This document shows, in pieces, positions 22,701 to 37,700 of a DNA stretch of 64,000 bases; positions within the stretch are counted from its first letter, which is position 1; each line of letters opens with the position of its first letter. The notes below the pieces were generated by a model, which saw only the letters and a program-made list of their open reading frames with translations, did not search any database and was not told the origin of the DNA. Origin of the DNA: Vicugna vicugna (Eukaryota); NCBI GenBank assembly GCA_013265495.1, contig MU058463.1, positions 3,990,244-4,054,243 on the forward strand. Reading direction: 5' to 3'. Made by a program: the position numbers and the translations under genes.

Positions 22701-25700
22701 GCACCATTCCTTGACTTGCAGTGATTTGCTCAGCTGACGGTATCATAGCAATATGCCAAGTATTTTTATAGCTTGAATATGTTATTTTCACAGACTGAGG
22801 CAGTTTTTAATGTAGAAAATAAATTAGTTAGATTTTCTTAAGGAGAGAAAACTCTGGTAGGATTTGTTTTAACTGCCGGAAGTTGTCCTTTCCAACATGT
22901 GAATTTTTTCTCCTGGTTCCATTGATGGAACTGTAACTGGAAGGCTGATTCCATGTGGTGTGAGGAGTGCTAAGCTGGGTGACACGGTGAAATAATGCCT
23001 GCACACTATGCCTGGGGGATTAAACAAAAACCAGTCAAGACCGTTTGTGTCGTGAACACTCTAGTCACCCTGTTGTCTGGATCTGTGTGGGACTTGGAAG
23101 GCAGGAGTCAAGAACTGTTAGGAATTCCAAAAGGAATTGACCATGTGTACATGGAGGAAAAATCCCAGGAGGAGCAAAGCCTCAATAGCATGCATATTAA
23201 TTAACTACCACAAAGCAAAACATTTACAGATATTTAGCTGAGATAAAGTTGGAGGGTACATTTTTAAAGTTTCTAGTAATCAAGTGCTTTTAACCAGAAT
23301 TTATTGTATAGTACACATTAATAATGTGTGATTGTTGGAAGGTAAATATTGTGCATATGGTAAAGGTAGAAAAATGTTATTGATAGTCTCCTTTTTTAGT
23401 GTGTTGACTTGTAGAATGACTCAGTTCAGTCTCTGATTTGGCCCGGATTATATCACTTGGTGTCTGTATGACCTTGACCAAGTTACTTAACTTTCCAGTG
23501 TCTCAGTTTCTTCCTCTTAAACAGAAGTAAGTGTCTTTCTCTCAGATGGTTTTTGTGAGAATTCATTGAGATGATGTAAGTTGTTTACTTAGCACATGAC
23601 CTAAGCCATAGTGAATGCTCGGTAAGTGTTAGCTGTTGCTACTTTTTAAAGTGAATGTCAAAAAGCTTCTGAGGGCTTGTTTACACTCATTCATGACATG
23701 AGTCTACTAACCCTCTTTTTTGTTTGTTTTCTTCTTGAATCTCTGAATTCCAAATTCTTTAACTATTTTCAGTAAACTTAAACCTGGATATTGGGAAAGG
23801 ACTATATAGTTTGGATGCTCTTATCCCCTCTTTCCCAGTGGAATTTTATTAATTTTTGTTTCTGTGTTTTCACCTTTTTCTTGCTATCTTCTTTCTGCAT
23901 TAATATTCTACACAGTCATGGTGTCTGGAACCATTTAGACAAGGTTCAAATCTTTGCTTCATCTCTTACCAACATGTGACTATAATTTCCTAAGCCTTAG
24001 TTTAAATATGAGATTGTTAAAGAATTAATATAGTGTCTGTAAAATGCCTGGCATGCATACACATATACACATAATTTTCCTTTTCTGTTTTTCCTTTACC
24101 AAGTAATTTAATAAGTGGGCCCTAGTATCATGAAAAGAGTTCATTAGAAGAACTGCCACCAACTCTGGGGAAAATCCTTTTTAAGCATTTCGTATGTACC
24201 CATAGAGTCATGTCATTAACTAATGATGCATTTTATGTGAAAATGCTTTGTGGACTGCAGGCAAGTAAACAGTTGTAGGAACTTTCCCTTTAATTCCTCG
24301 TTTGAATCAAATGAACATTTCTGTGAGGGCGTTAGTTCACCATGTAGCCCTTTGACGTGGTAGTTGTTTATTTGCCAGACTCCTCGTACTTTAGAGTTGA
24401 GAACCACTTAACTTTCACTGCTCTTCCTAGCCGTGTTACTATATCCTCTAGTAAAAAGCACTGCTCTTTTGAGGCAAGAGCCATTCTGCTCTCTTCCTCT
24501 TTTATTACCTCCCTTTTAGTCACTGCCTGTCATACATTGAAAATTTATTACCTGGCTCACAGCGTTTTCCCAGTCTGAGTCTTGTCACTCTCGTGAATGG
24601 TCCCATATGGTATAGTTACCTTGACACCCTTAGATCTAGTGAATTTATTTCCACATTCCTGGTGGTCATTCTTAGGACCCATCTTGGATCTAGCATAATT
24701 CCAACTCTGAATTCTTAAATTTAAACAACCCATAGTCTGATGACAATTTCCTTTTCTGTTTCTTAGCTTTGCTTGACTTGACTTGGTCTTTGACTTTATC
24801 AGTACTTCATTCCCTACAGCTCTACTTTCTTCGTCTCTTTCACTCATTTCACTTTATTTCCTACCCAAGTTAGAGATTGCCATTTATTCTCTTCACCTAT
24901 TTTCTCACCAGTTTTCTCACCCCCTTGGTCTTGATTCTAAGGCATGGCAAAACTTCAAGCATGCATCAATCTACCTATGCTTCGTTGTCTAACTAAGGCA
25001 TCTTGAAAAAAATTAATCACCACACTTGTACAGATTGTTATGATGCCTAGATTCGAACAGTCCTTCTATAGTAGGCAATAATCCTTCTGTTTTTGTAGTT
25101 TTGAACTATTTGGTTTAAGACCTTTGGGGAATTTTATGAAAGATATTGGCCGTCTCCAGAAAAACAGACATAAGAATATACACATAAAAGTTGACTTACA
25201 AACTTAGGAAGTTCATGGATCTCCTGACCCTCACTCATAGACTTCCTAGAAGTCATTTGGATCTGGGTTAAGAACTCCTGGCCTAGGTATTTATTTCTTC
25301 CATCCACCATCATATCCTTTCCATAATCTTCAAATTCTCTGCTCACCCATGTCTGTCTTCCTCTCAGCACTTCACCTCTACTCACATTACAACAAAAATA
25401 AAAACATTAGTTCTTCAGCCCACCAGCTCTGCAAACCCACCTGTGTTCCTCCTGCTGCTTTGATCCTTCTTTGTGTTACATTGAAAGAGGGGCCTGTTCC
25501 TGTCCGTGCTGTGAAACCTTTGTGACTTTTCCTTAGGGATCTAGTTCTGTTTCTTGTCTCCTCTCTGAACCATATCTGTTTATCTTTCCGTACTCTTTTA
25601 AACTTCTGTAAATCTCTGTCATCTTGGAAAGGACACAGCTTCTCCTTCAGCTCATCTTCCCTCTAGCTGTTGGTTTTCCTTTCTTTTTTCCCTTTTGTGC

Positions 25701-28700
25701 TGAGATTTTTTTTTAAGAGATTTTGCATAGTCTCTGACCCCACTGTTAATTCTTCATCTGCTACATAGTATTCTGTGTACATCCACAGAAGAGACTTCTT
25801 CTCTCCAGTGGTCATTTGTTCCTGTCTCTAGAGCATTCAGCATGCACATTATTTCCCCCTTCTTGAAATGACTCTCTTCATACCACATTTTCCCAGAGTT
25901 CATTTTTCTTTGTGTCCTGAATTTTTATGAGCTCTCCTTCCTCTTATCATACCTAAAACGTTAGAAGGGAATTACATGAAAATTAGAATCTCTTCTTTTC
26001 TCTCTTTGTCTTCCTGGATCTCATCATTCTTATAGCTTAAGTGAATGTTATATCCCCATCTACTGTGTTGCTTAAGCAAAAAAACCCTTCCCTGCCCCAC
26101 ATGAGTCATTGCCAAAGTCTGGTCAGTCCTGTGCCTTACAGAGCTGTCAAGTCCTTTCGTGCCTTTCAATCCACACTGTTTCTAGTTCAGGCCTTGATCG
26201 TAACTCACCAGATTGTTGTAATATTTTCTTAACTGGGTTTCTAGGTGTTAGTCTTGTCTCTTCCCAAGTCATTTTTCATTGCAGCCTGAATAATCATTAA
26301 AGATACATTATACATAATTTTTAAAAATTTGAAGTATTGTAATTACATTGTCTCAAAAACAGAGGTCTCCTATTATGTGTGGACTATTTCTACAGTGATG
26401 ATTATTCTCATAGATAATGATTACTAAAGGTGGTTAATAAATGGTAAATGAAGTGATATAAGGATGCTTGCAAGGACCGATGTGATGGATATAAGGATGC
26501 CATTTATCATAATAGTTACCATTTATTAATTGTTAACTGGGTACCAGACACTGATCCAAACACTTGCCATGTATGAGCTTCTTTATTGTTCACAGGAACC
26601 CTATAGAGTAAATACTGTTTGGGATTATCTCCATGTAATAGAAAACTGAAGTATGAAAAGGATGAGTAACTTGCTCAAAGCCATGGTCATGTTGCTAATA
26701 CGTGGTGGAGCCAGGCGGTCGAGCTCTGGAGCCTGAGCTTGTAGCCACTGCTGCGTTGCCTCTCACGGTGCTACATTCTAACTCATTCACTACCGCATAT
26801 GTTAAAATCTAAAATTACAGTTAAATGAAAAGCAGTAGAAAAGAAGACATAAAATTAATTGTTTCCTCTTGTTCTTAGACTGAATCCCTGTTCAGTGCAT
26901 AATTTTAATTCAATTATCAGTGCATAATTTTTATTTCATCCAACAAATATTTATAGAGATTTCTAACATGCCATTTACTATAAAAGATAAAAACAAATTT
27001 TTCTTTTAAAACAATGGTAGCACCAGCCTTTCAGAAAAAAATAAAAATTATGTGTCCATAATTAGGGTAATAAATTCAAGAAATCTTTTTAATAATCTCC
27101 TTGAAGTCAGTGATTATGTCTTTTTCATCTTTGTATACCTACCACATAGGATGGAGACAGGCATCTAGAACGTAAATAAATGTTTGCTGAATATTCTTAT
27201 TAGTACCTTTTATCTCTTCTGTTTTTTTATTGCATTGTTTATTGTTTTTTATTTCAGTTGGGTCTTGTAAGAAATTGACTTAATTTTTTTTTTTTTTTAA
27301 CCTAGGGGATGTCCCACTCTTGTTCAAGCATTGCCAGGCCCTAGCACACAAGTTACTGCAGGCAGCAACCACACGGCAGTACTTTTAATGGATGGACAGG
27401 TCTTCACATTTGGAAGTTTTTCTGTAAGGAATTTTTTAAGCATTAATAATATTAGATTGTAACATTGCCTTGCAGTTTGTCTACATTAGCTATTTTTTCT
27501 GGTTTCAGTGAAATTCTTGTATTATAATTATTGCATATGCATATTTCCTGTCTCCACATACAACATACACAAATCCTGAAAGACTTTACTTTGAAATAAT
27601 TTTCCTCTCTAGTGTAGCATAAGAATTTATTAAATTTAACAGCTGTGTTACAATTGGACATGTTTATTCCGGTCAGAGTCCATTAAGCATTCAGTAGAGC
27701 TAATTCTGTCAATTGAAAGCTTATTTCCCAACTAGCTTGTAAAGAATCATTTTTCTTAACATGTAGAATTATTTCTATTTTAGAACTCTTTGAAGGCCTG
27801 GTTTTCTTGTTAGATTTGTTTGAAGTTATAGTTTCCTTTTTCCTTTCCTTCTCGCTCTCTCTCTACGTCTCTCTGTCTCTTTGCCTGTCTGTTTTACTTT
27901 CTGTCTCTTTTTGCCAAAGCTTGAAAGTAGTGAAACTGCTCTGATAATTGTCTATAGTTTGGGCGTAGTAGAGATCAAGGAAAAGCTTCTTAAGACTATG
28001 CTAATAAACCATCTGTGATATGTGTAACTATTTAGAACCCTGTAACTCAAGTCTCTGGGATGTAATTTGCAATTCTTGATTTTTAAAAAATGTAAATGTG
28101 AACTTTAAAAAAATCTCTTATCTGGAAATGATTTTAAGCTTATAGAAAATTTACAAAATATAAGAATAGTACAAAAAATATCCATACACTCCTGAGCCAG
28201 ATTCACCTATTGGTAGCATTTGATCTGTTTGCTTTATTGTTAGTACATTCACGCTCTCATTCTCTCTCATGTACTTTGTGTGTGTGTGTATAAGACTTTT
28301 TTTCCTTGAATTCTTTAAGAATAACTTGCATACATTATGACCCTTTACTTCTAAATGCTTTAGTTTGTATTTTGTCAATTAATCAGATAATTATTTTTTG
28401 GCCTTTTCCCCCTCCAGTCTAGAAGCAGTCATTGTATTTACTTGGCATGTGTCTTTAGTCTCCTTTAATCTGTAACGTTCCCACATCTTTTCTTTGTCTA
28501 TTATGACATTGACATTTTTGAAGAATATAGTTCTTTAAAAACTGTTCCTCATTTTTGTTTCTCTAGTATTTCTTCATGTTTAGATTCAGGTTGTGCCTTC
28601 CAGGCCAAAATGCCATGTAATTGACATTGTGTCCTTCTCAGGGCATCACATCTGGAGACATATAAATAATGCCCACCTGCCCCTCACTGGTGATGTGAAT

Positions 28701-31700
28701 TTTGATCACCTGTAAAATGTTTGATTTCCCTACTGCATAATAAGTATTTTTTTCCCTTGAAACTAATAAGCGATCTATTGGTTGACGTTTCTAAGAGAAT
28801 TTTAAGATACCTGCTTCTCATCAAAATTTCCTTCTAGATTTAGCATCTATTGATCATTCTTGCCTGAACCAGTTTTTACTGTAACGGTTGCAAAATGATG
28901 ATTTTTTCCCAACTCCAGCACCTCCTTACATTTACCGGTCAGCCCTTTCCATTTTACTGTTTGCAGCCTTCATTTAATATTTGTCTATCTTCTTTCTATT
29001 GGTATAGACACATGTTTTTCTGTTTTCTTCATTACTGTACTTAATTATTTGGGTACTTGGATTGTCTCAGATTTGGCCAGTGGGACTCCCATCACGCTGG
29101 CTCCTATGTTCTTGTGACATGCCCCTTCATTTCTTTTTTTGAGTATTTCGTGCTTCCTGGCATAACAAGATGTTCCAGGCTTATCTGTGTGAGTCCTAGA
29201 ATCAGCTGTTTCTCTGAGAACCTTGGTTGTTTTTAGTGGAAAATAGTACTAGACACCATCTGAGGACTTGATGTATTCAGTGCTGCAGGTGTCTTTGCAT
29301 CCTCCATATACATCTATGTGCATGTACACATATGTACATGTATTTTGGAAATCATGAGCCCACACCAGTACCTCTAATTCCAATCCATTCCCACAGGGTT
29401 CTTTCTTCCCCAGTCCCATTCCATACTTATGTCCCTTCTTCCACAGTAAGAATCCTGGCTCCCAACAGTATCAAGACATTTATTTCTCATTCACTCAGTT
29501 CTAAAATATGTCTAAAATAGTTTTGTATTTGCTATGCCCAAACAACTATAAAAGCAAACTCACTAAAAAGGGTTCAAGATTTGTGGCTCTTGCCCCTGCC
29601 CCCTCTCATGTGTGTCCTACCCCAAGACTAAAGGTATAGAGTCAGATTTTCTGTTCATAGTACACACAGTACATACACATACAGGCTCTTCTGCACTTTG
29701 CCTTTTCACTTTACTGTATCTGCTAGAAATTGTTCCTTATGAGTTCATAGAAATCCCTAATTTATATTTTACATCTGTGTAGTACATTGTGTATATGTAT
29801 TGTACTTTATTCAATCACTTTCTTTTGCTTGGACATTTAAGTACTGTCTAATATTTTGCAACAATAGCAGTGAATCTTATTGAAGGTGTATATTCGAGGT
29901 AAACTTTTAGAAGATTGCTGGGTTGAAGGTTAATACCTATGTAGTTTTGTGCCATGTGAACGGTTTCCCTCTGCTTTACATTCTCACCAGCAATATATGA
30001 GAGTGTCTGTTTCTCCACAGCCTTGCCAGCAGAATGTGTTGTCTGTCATACCTTTTACTTTGTGTCAGTCTGACGGATGAGAAATGGTTCTGCGTACTTG
30101 GAAGCCTTTTCCTGTAGTTGACCCTGGGAACATTCAAGTCAGCCTATGTTTAGCATTTTTACATTAAGGTTTGCATTTCCCCATTTAGGGAATGATCTTC
30201 CAGTGCTTTTTCTCTGTTCTCCATCTTAAGCCGCCTCTTTTGTGCTCTGCACCTCCTGCCTCCCCAACCCCATCCCAAGGCTGGCAGAGGCAGGTGGTAG
30301 AGAAAACTTTTGGAATTTGGTTTTTTCCTCTGGTTGCAGGTAACTTAAAGGTCCTGAGATCTGCTCTTTCCTAACGTACTGCTGAAGGCTTGAGTCCTGT
30401 GTTGTTTTCTTTGCTCTTTTGTTTTTATGTTGTTTTGGAGGGAGTGGTAATATTTGAAATGAGACAGCCTCTAGCTCCAGAAAGCCTGGTCGTGAGCATC
30501 TATGAATTTACATGCGGCTTATTTATACCCACGTTCTGAATCTTGTGGGGCTGTCTAAGCATCCGTCATGTTTGGGGGCTGCTTTTCTTCACTTTAGTTG
30601 CTTGTTAGCAGGGGAATAGATGCTTATTTCAGTAATCAATAAAAAGTATAGTTAACTTCTTTTTCCTCCAAAAGTATAATATATCCCTCAATATGATATA
30701 CACGTTTTTATGCTGTTGTTATTGTTACTATTGTTTTGTCAAAAATAAGGACAGACATTGAAAGAAGCTGAGAATACACACTGAGATGTTTGACTTCTTC
30801 TCTAATCATGTGCTTGCCACTTTTCCCTCCCTTGATTCAACCAAGGGTTTGAAGCTCTGTTGCTTTTTCAGTCAGTTTGTGACTGTGTGTTTTTGTTTTT
30901 TTTTAATTTTTCCAGGTGGGTAATTAGGTTTACTTACTTATTAATTTAATGGAGGTACTGGAGATTGAACCCAGGACCTCGTGCATGCTAAACATGTGCA
31001 CTGCCACTGAGCTGTCCCCCTCACCCTTGTGACTGTGTTTTTTGCTGTGGTGTTGAAGGAGTGGTAGAACTCACTAGAAACCTGGTAGCCGAGTGAGAAT
31101 TTAGCCAGACTGCTTGCAGTGCTCCAGGGTCCCTTGTTCTTCAGGGGTTTTGCAGTGGTTTCTCATTCCCATTAGTGTAGTTAACCCTGGGTCCCGCCAT
31201 GCAGCATTGTCTGCCTTCCAGCCGGTTTTGGAAGGGGAATGCTGTGAGAGAGAGACAGCTCCTGAACCAGGGCTGGGTGAATATTTACCAATCTGACATC
31301 AACATTCTTTACAGCTACTGGCTTAGTAGTGTGAAACCTTTATTGCTTTTTAAGTGAAACTCTTATATAACAGATACCTATAGACAGCCATACTTTTTTA
31401 GTGAGTTAACAGTTACTTACTTAAGACATCATACCTTGTCACTGATTCTGCTATTTATCTTGAAAAACAGCTGAAATAACTTACCAACACATGATCGTGT
31501 GAAAAATAAGCAATTTTCTAATTGTATTCACAGTGGTAGTATTCATTATTTTGGTCTTTTACCCAAATATTTTTAGACTGTGCGAGTTCAATAGTGACTT
31601 TTTGTGGTACTGTCAAATTATCAAAGTGATTTTTTAAATGAATAATTTGTATTACTAATTTTTTTAACATATTGTGTATTTATTATTTTTTAATTTAAAT

Positions 31701-34700
31701 GGTGAAGACAGTCACAGTATTTCAGGGAGATCTCTCGCATGGAAAAATATTTTAATTTTATTATCTTTTAATCATGTACTTTGTGGTTTATTAGGGGGAT
31801 AATTCCTAAGAATAATAGAAATTATTTTACTCCTTTATAAATATTTGGTCCAAATTTCACATTTCAAATTTATAAAAAAAGAAAAACTAATAATTGATGA
31901 AGAATAATGTCTCCTAGAGCTATTTTTGTCTGCTGTTTCCTTTATAGAAAATTACACATTGTTAATCTGATAATATTGTTAATATGATTTATTTAATCTT
32001 TTAGAAAGGACAACTGGGCAGACCAATTTTGGATGTGCCATATTGGAATGCAAAACCAGCTCCCATGCCCAACATTGGATCAAAATATGGAAGAAAAGCT
32101 ACCTGGATAGGTGCAAGTGGGGACCAGACTTTCTTACGAATTGATGAAGCACTTATTAATTCTCATGTGCTCGCTACATCAGAAATTTTTGCCAGTAAAC
32201 ACATAATAGGTAATACTCCAAACAAAAAAACCATCCCCCTCAAAAATCTGTCTTGATTGAGGGTAAATGATTCATCTTTCCTTGTTATAAGATGTAGTCC
32301 TATAGCTTTTTGTTTGAAGAAGTTTAAAAGAAGCTTCTAAGTGTCTGTGTTTATAGGTATCTATGTCCTGGAAGAATGTAATGATTGGGAGACTAGAAAC
32401 CGGTGAAATATGAGCTAAAACTGTAGTAGTGTAAAACCTATATTAGGAAGAGGAATTTTTCTGTATTGGTTCTTATTAAATAAATGATAGAAATTAATTT
32501 TTATGGAAGGTTACATAAATCAAACTTCAAAGTTTCATTGAGACCAAGGTGTCAATCCATGCCTGTATCCAAGATATCATGAATAATTACATAATAGAGT
32601 GGCAGAAATCAAGTAGAGTGGTAATAGATAAATTAAGGGCATGTCTTAATGGATTTAGACAGCCTAAGGTTTTATTGCAAAATCTGCTACTTACGGGTTT
32701 TTAGCCACTTAACCCCTAAGTCTCAGTTTCTTCATCTGTAAACTGGAGGTAATAATACTTACCCTATAGGAAATGCTTATCTTATAAGTTGGGGGAATAT
32801 AAAATGATAGTGTATCCTTAAAATATATAATTTTTCCCCCAAGGCTTGGTACCTGCTTCTATATCAGAACCTCCTCCATTTAAGTGTCTTCTGATAAATA
32901 AAGTGGATGGGAGTTGTAAAACTTTTAATGACTCTGAACAAGAGGATCTGCAAGGATTTGGTGTGTGTCTTGATCCTGTGTATGACGTCATTTGGAGGTA
33001 AGCTTCTCTGTTTATGAAATACAGTAGTAAATAAGTCTTGATCAAATTATACTTTTGTGGAATATTAAAGTCATGTATAGGCAAATTTTTCACAAATGGG
33101 AACTATTCTGTTTAGCTGTTGACGGCACTTCTACCACTTGACACGCAGAGCCCTTTACAGTACAGTGTAGCAGTTAAAAGCATGCGTTCTGAGCTAGACT
33201 GACGGGATTTATCCCAGCTCCTCGCAGTGCTTTCTGTGTCACTGTGGAGAAGTTACTTTGACTCTGCATGCCTTACTTTTCGCATTTATAGTAGGGATAA
33301 TAATAGGCTGTTATGAGAACTGAAGAACTTAGAGCAGAGGCACATAGTAGGTGCTGTAGAGGTCTTCCTTCTCTTATTATGATAGGCAGTGTTACTTTCA
33401 AGAGTTCTGTCATTAATTATTTTTAATCTGTCAGCAATCTTGTCCATATTGTGTAGAATTCACTCTATTTCTTGATCCCATAAGTATCTAATCACTACCA
33501 ACTATCTAGAAGAAAGTATGCCAGAGAGAATAGAGAATAAATGAGATCAATAAGCTCGCCCTTAGGAATGTGCATAACAAAATTCCCATCTTGATAGCGC
33601 AATGTACAGGATTATCAGACCCTGGATATTGTAAAAATGTAGAAATAGATACAGGTACACAAGAGACTCAAGAAATTACATTGTATTTGTTTAAAATTTA
33701 TTATGGTGCTTTATATATATCATGAGTAAAGGAGAGAGTTATCCTCAGATTCCTGGGTTTGAATACCAATAGTGGGTGTACCCAGCCTTTACCAGAGTGA
33801 CTCATCACAGGACCTACCTTTCCTCCCCTTTGTGGTGTTTACGTGGCCAGCCTTACTAGGTGGAAAGTCAGATAGGTTGAAAGATTGAAGTGTTATGAGT
33901 GAGGAGAGGGAAGAGTTTCCTGCTTTCATTTCCTTCAGCCAGCCAAGTCTTCTAAGGCCGTGCTTTCTGTCAGCCCTGAGGCCTGCATTCGGAATGAAGG
34001 AGTTATAGCACTTCCCAGGTTGCTGACAAGCTTACTCTCTTATTTGAGCACTTTGTGAGACGGCTTGGAGGCCAGAATTGAGTTGAGTAGTTACTGCTTC
34101 TAGATTTCCCTAGCACCATTCTGTAGTTTAGATAACAAGAGACTAGAGGTGAGTAGTCTTGCAGTAATTCTAACAAAGACGTGAGATGGTAAGAACCAAA
34201 ATTAAAACAGTCAGTGAACGGAAGGGATAGAGAAGCACATGGTATAAAGATAGAATTGCCCTCAATTATTTGTGAATTGGATCTGTATAAAAGAGACTTA
34301 GTTACCAAAAAACAGGCTCTGGTTTGGACCTAGGTTTAAATTGATGTTTTATTTTCTGTAATCCTTGTGTTTTTCAGTGAAGTCAGTTTGAATTAAAAAT
34401 AAAATTAAAACTGGGAGTATGGAATTTGTTTCTGGATACATTTACTAAATTAGAAATGCATTCTTTAAATTAGAGATAACAGTAGAACTAGATTCTAACA
34501 GTGTAACTAGAGCTGTTTCCCTGGGGTCTTAACAGAACTCTGAGGAGTAGGAAGACCTCCACAGCACCTATTCTGTGCCTCTGCTCTAAGTTAGGCGAAC
34601 CTTGCCTTTCTCGCATATGGTGGTAGCAGTGAAACAGATGATTTCAGATGCCTTGTCAGGTCTTTCCTTTAACACTTAACCCTCTTGTTCCAAAACAGAG

Positions 34701-37700
34701 ATTAAAAGATGAAGAGCATTCTCCTCCTATGTTTCAGTAAAGCAGCTGGAAGGTGGAGAGTTCATTCCATTATCCTGACTTCTGGCAGCTTTGTGTCCCC
34801 TGTGTTTTTCAGTAGGGTACCTGCATTTTACAACTAGACATTGCAGATTCAGTATTAACTTACTTTGATTTGCCTTCCTCCGGCCTGAGTCTGCTTCCAT
34901 TTATATTCTTAACAATAACTTCTCCTGAATAATTAGAAACTTAACATCTAGAAAGAGCAGATAAGTATTAATAGCAATTTTATTTCCCACTTCAAAATTT
35001 AGAAAAATAACATGTGAATATGTATTTTTTTTTAAAAAAAGTGAAGCAAAAGGTATATACAGGAACAATGATGTAGTCCTTCTCCAAAACTTTTTCTTCC
35101 CCCATAACAAATCCCACTAAACTCTATAGGTCACAAGTATTAAGTTTGGTTTATATTGCGTGATACCTTTTAAAATGCATGTATTTTGGGTTTTATATAA
35201 ATAAAAATACATTTATTTTTAAAGGTTAGTTTTTTTTTTTCTAAACAACAATTTGTAGATCTTTCTAAGTCACAGTAGTCAAAGAACTGCTGTGATATTT
35301 AAACTCTGTAGAGGTTTATAGTCTGGATATACCAAAATATGCTTATTTATTTCCCTACTGATGAACATTTTAGATTATTTTTTTCATGTTTTGGTCTTAG
35401 CTATGATGCTGCAGTGAACACACACGTATATACACAGTTTTGTACTCTTATGAGTGTATTTCTGTAAATGACTTTCTAACGAGTGGAACTGCTGAGTAGA
35501 AGTTAGGCTCACAGAACTGGAGTGTTGAATTGTCCTTCAGGGCTCTCTCACCAACTGCGTGAGAGCCCATATTTCCCCTTGCTATCAGCATCAGTAAATT
35601 ATTTTCAATTTTTAGAACTTTAATTTTATTACTTACTAAATATTTAAATAAATACTATATGGTAAATAAAGAATGACACAAAGTGAGTAGATACACAGTA
35701 CTCTTGCTGTCATGGAAGTCATTTTTTTTCCCCCTAAATGGAGATGTAGACTATATAAAAGTAAATAAATAATATACTTTATAGATCTTACTTATCACCA
35801 TTAAGGAAAAAGGGGGTACTGTTACTTTCTTCTATACAATGGAGACAATATAAGTTAAAACTTTAAAGTATAAGAAAGAACCAGGCATTTGAAGACTTAG
35901 GAAAAGTTTTCTGAACAGGAAGAGTATCGTAGGACTAGATGCTCTGATGCAAGCAAGAGCTTGGCTGTGTTTTAGGAATTTGAAGAAAGCCAGTGTGGTC
36001 AAAGCATAGTGAGTGGCATGAAATAAAATCAGAAGAGTAGGCAGGGCCAGGACATGCAGGACTTTGTAGGTTAAAGGAATTTGAATTTTCTTCAAAATAG
36101 GAAGCCTTTGTAGGATTTTGAGTTGGGAAGTAACATTAAGAGGTTATACTTACTGTGTAGAAATTGGATTGGAAGGAGGCAAGAGTAGATGTAGGAAGGG
36201 GGTTACTGCATTAGTGCAAGGCAGAGGTGATGTCTTTAAACCAGGGTTCTCGTGGGGAAGATGGAGAGAAGCAGTCAGCAGCATATACTTTGGATTAGAG
36301 CCAATAGGTCTTGCCTGTATAGAGGAGTTAAGGACAGAAAATAGTCAAAGATGATTCCCAAGGTTCTGATTTTGGTATTTGAGAAGACATTGGTAGCATT
36401 AACTGGTCCAGCAAAGGAAGAGAGACGAACGGGTTTTGTCAAGACTTCTGCTTTGGGCATGTTACATTTGGTATCTAAGTGAAGATGTTAAGTAGGCAAG
36501 TAGATAAATGTGTCAAGCTTTGAAGGGTGATCTGGACTGGGACTAGAAATTCGAGAATGTTTAGTTCATAGGTGCATCTAAAGCTATGGTGTTGTTTGAG
36601 ATCACCTAGGCAGATAATGTAGGTTAAGATGAGAGTTCTGGACCAAGCCCTAGAACTTACAAAATTTAGAAGTTAGATGGGAGACAAGGAACTAGACAGG
36701 AGATTAGAAGGAGCAGCCAGTGAACTATGAGAAAAAGCTGAGAGTGTGTGTTGACACAGAAGTGAGAAGGGGAGTGAGTCAAGGAAAGAAGGAGGATTCA
36801 AAATGGTGTTAAACACCACCAAGGGCTTGATCAAGTAGATGCAAAAACTTCCATTAGTTTTGGCTACTTGGAAGTTATGTGTAACTTTAGTAATAATTTC
36901 ATGGAAATGTTAGGTGTGCATACCAGAGTGGTGTGGTTTGAAGAGTGAATAGGGATTTCTACTTCTCGCAATTTGGTAAGTGAAATACTTTGGAGGGACT
37001 TATGCTTTAAAAAAAAAAAGTATATGTTTTATCCATTGCTTAATACTCAGCCAAGATATTGCTAGTATACTGTCCCTGCCCCTACCCCCACCTCAAAAAA
37101 AGAAAACCAGCATAAAAAGAAAATGTAAATATACTCTATAGTACAGGATTTCACTGAGGGCAAATGCAATTTGGAAAACAAGCATTGTGCTAGCTGCAAA
37201 GTGAGGGAAATGGAAGCTGATCCTCCAACTCGCAGATTAAGTTTCTGGCCTTGGAATGATGCTAAAGTAGGATCAGACAGATAATGCCCCTTTGTCTCCA
37301 GGGATAGGCAAGTGTAAATCATCTTTAGAGAAAAGCCCCCCCCCCCATTTGGACCCATAGGTTTTTAACGAATTAAGTTTCAATCAAATAAGAGCACACA
37401 GTCTAAGATTACTTAACATATAAGGAATATAACTGTTAGTGAAATCCAGCAAAAGAACAAATAACAAGGTCAGTTTCAGACCTTGGAGTTGTCAGAAACA
37501 TATAAATTAGCTATGTATGAAATATTTAAAAAATAAAAGATGGAATCTCCAGTTGGGCAAGCAAAAGAGACTTAAATTGAGATTCCAAATGGTAAGGCAT
37601 ATTTGAGTAACAACCAAGCAGAACTTTAACAAATGAAGAATAATTTTTTCAAACAAATGCATGGACAGATCAGGAGATCTGAACAGGAGATTTGAAATTA

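Noticed and set aside
26892..26931. 15-bp direct repeat TCAGTGCATAATTTT twice (similar short pairs near 26455-26500 and 57620-57670)
   Set aside because: Two-copy local slippage duplications, not arrays.
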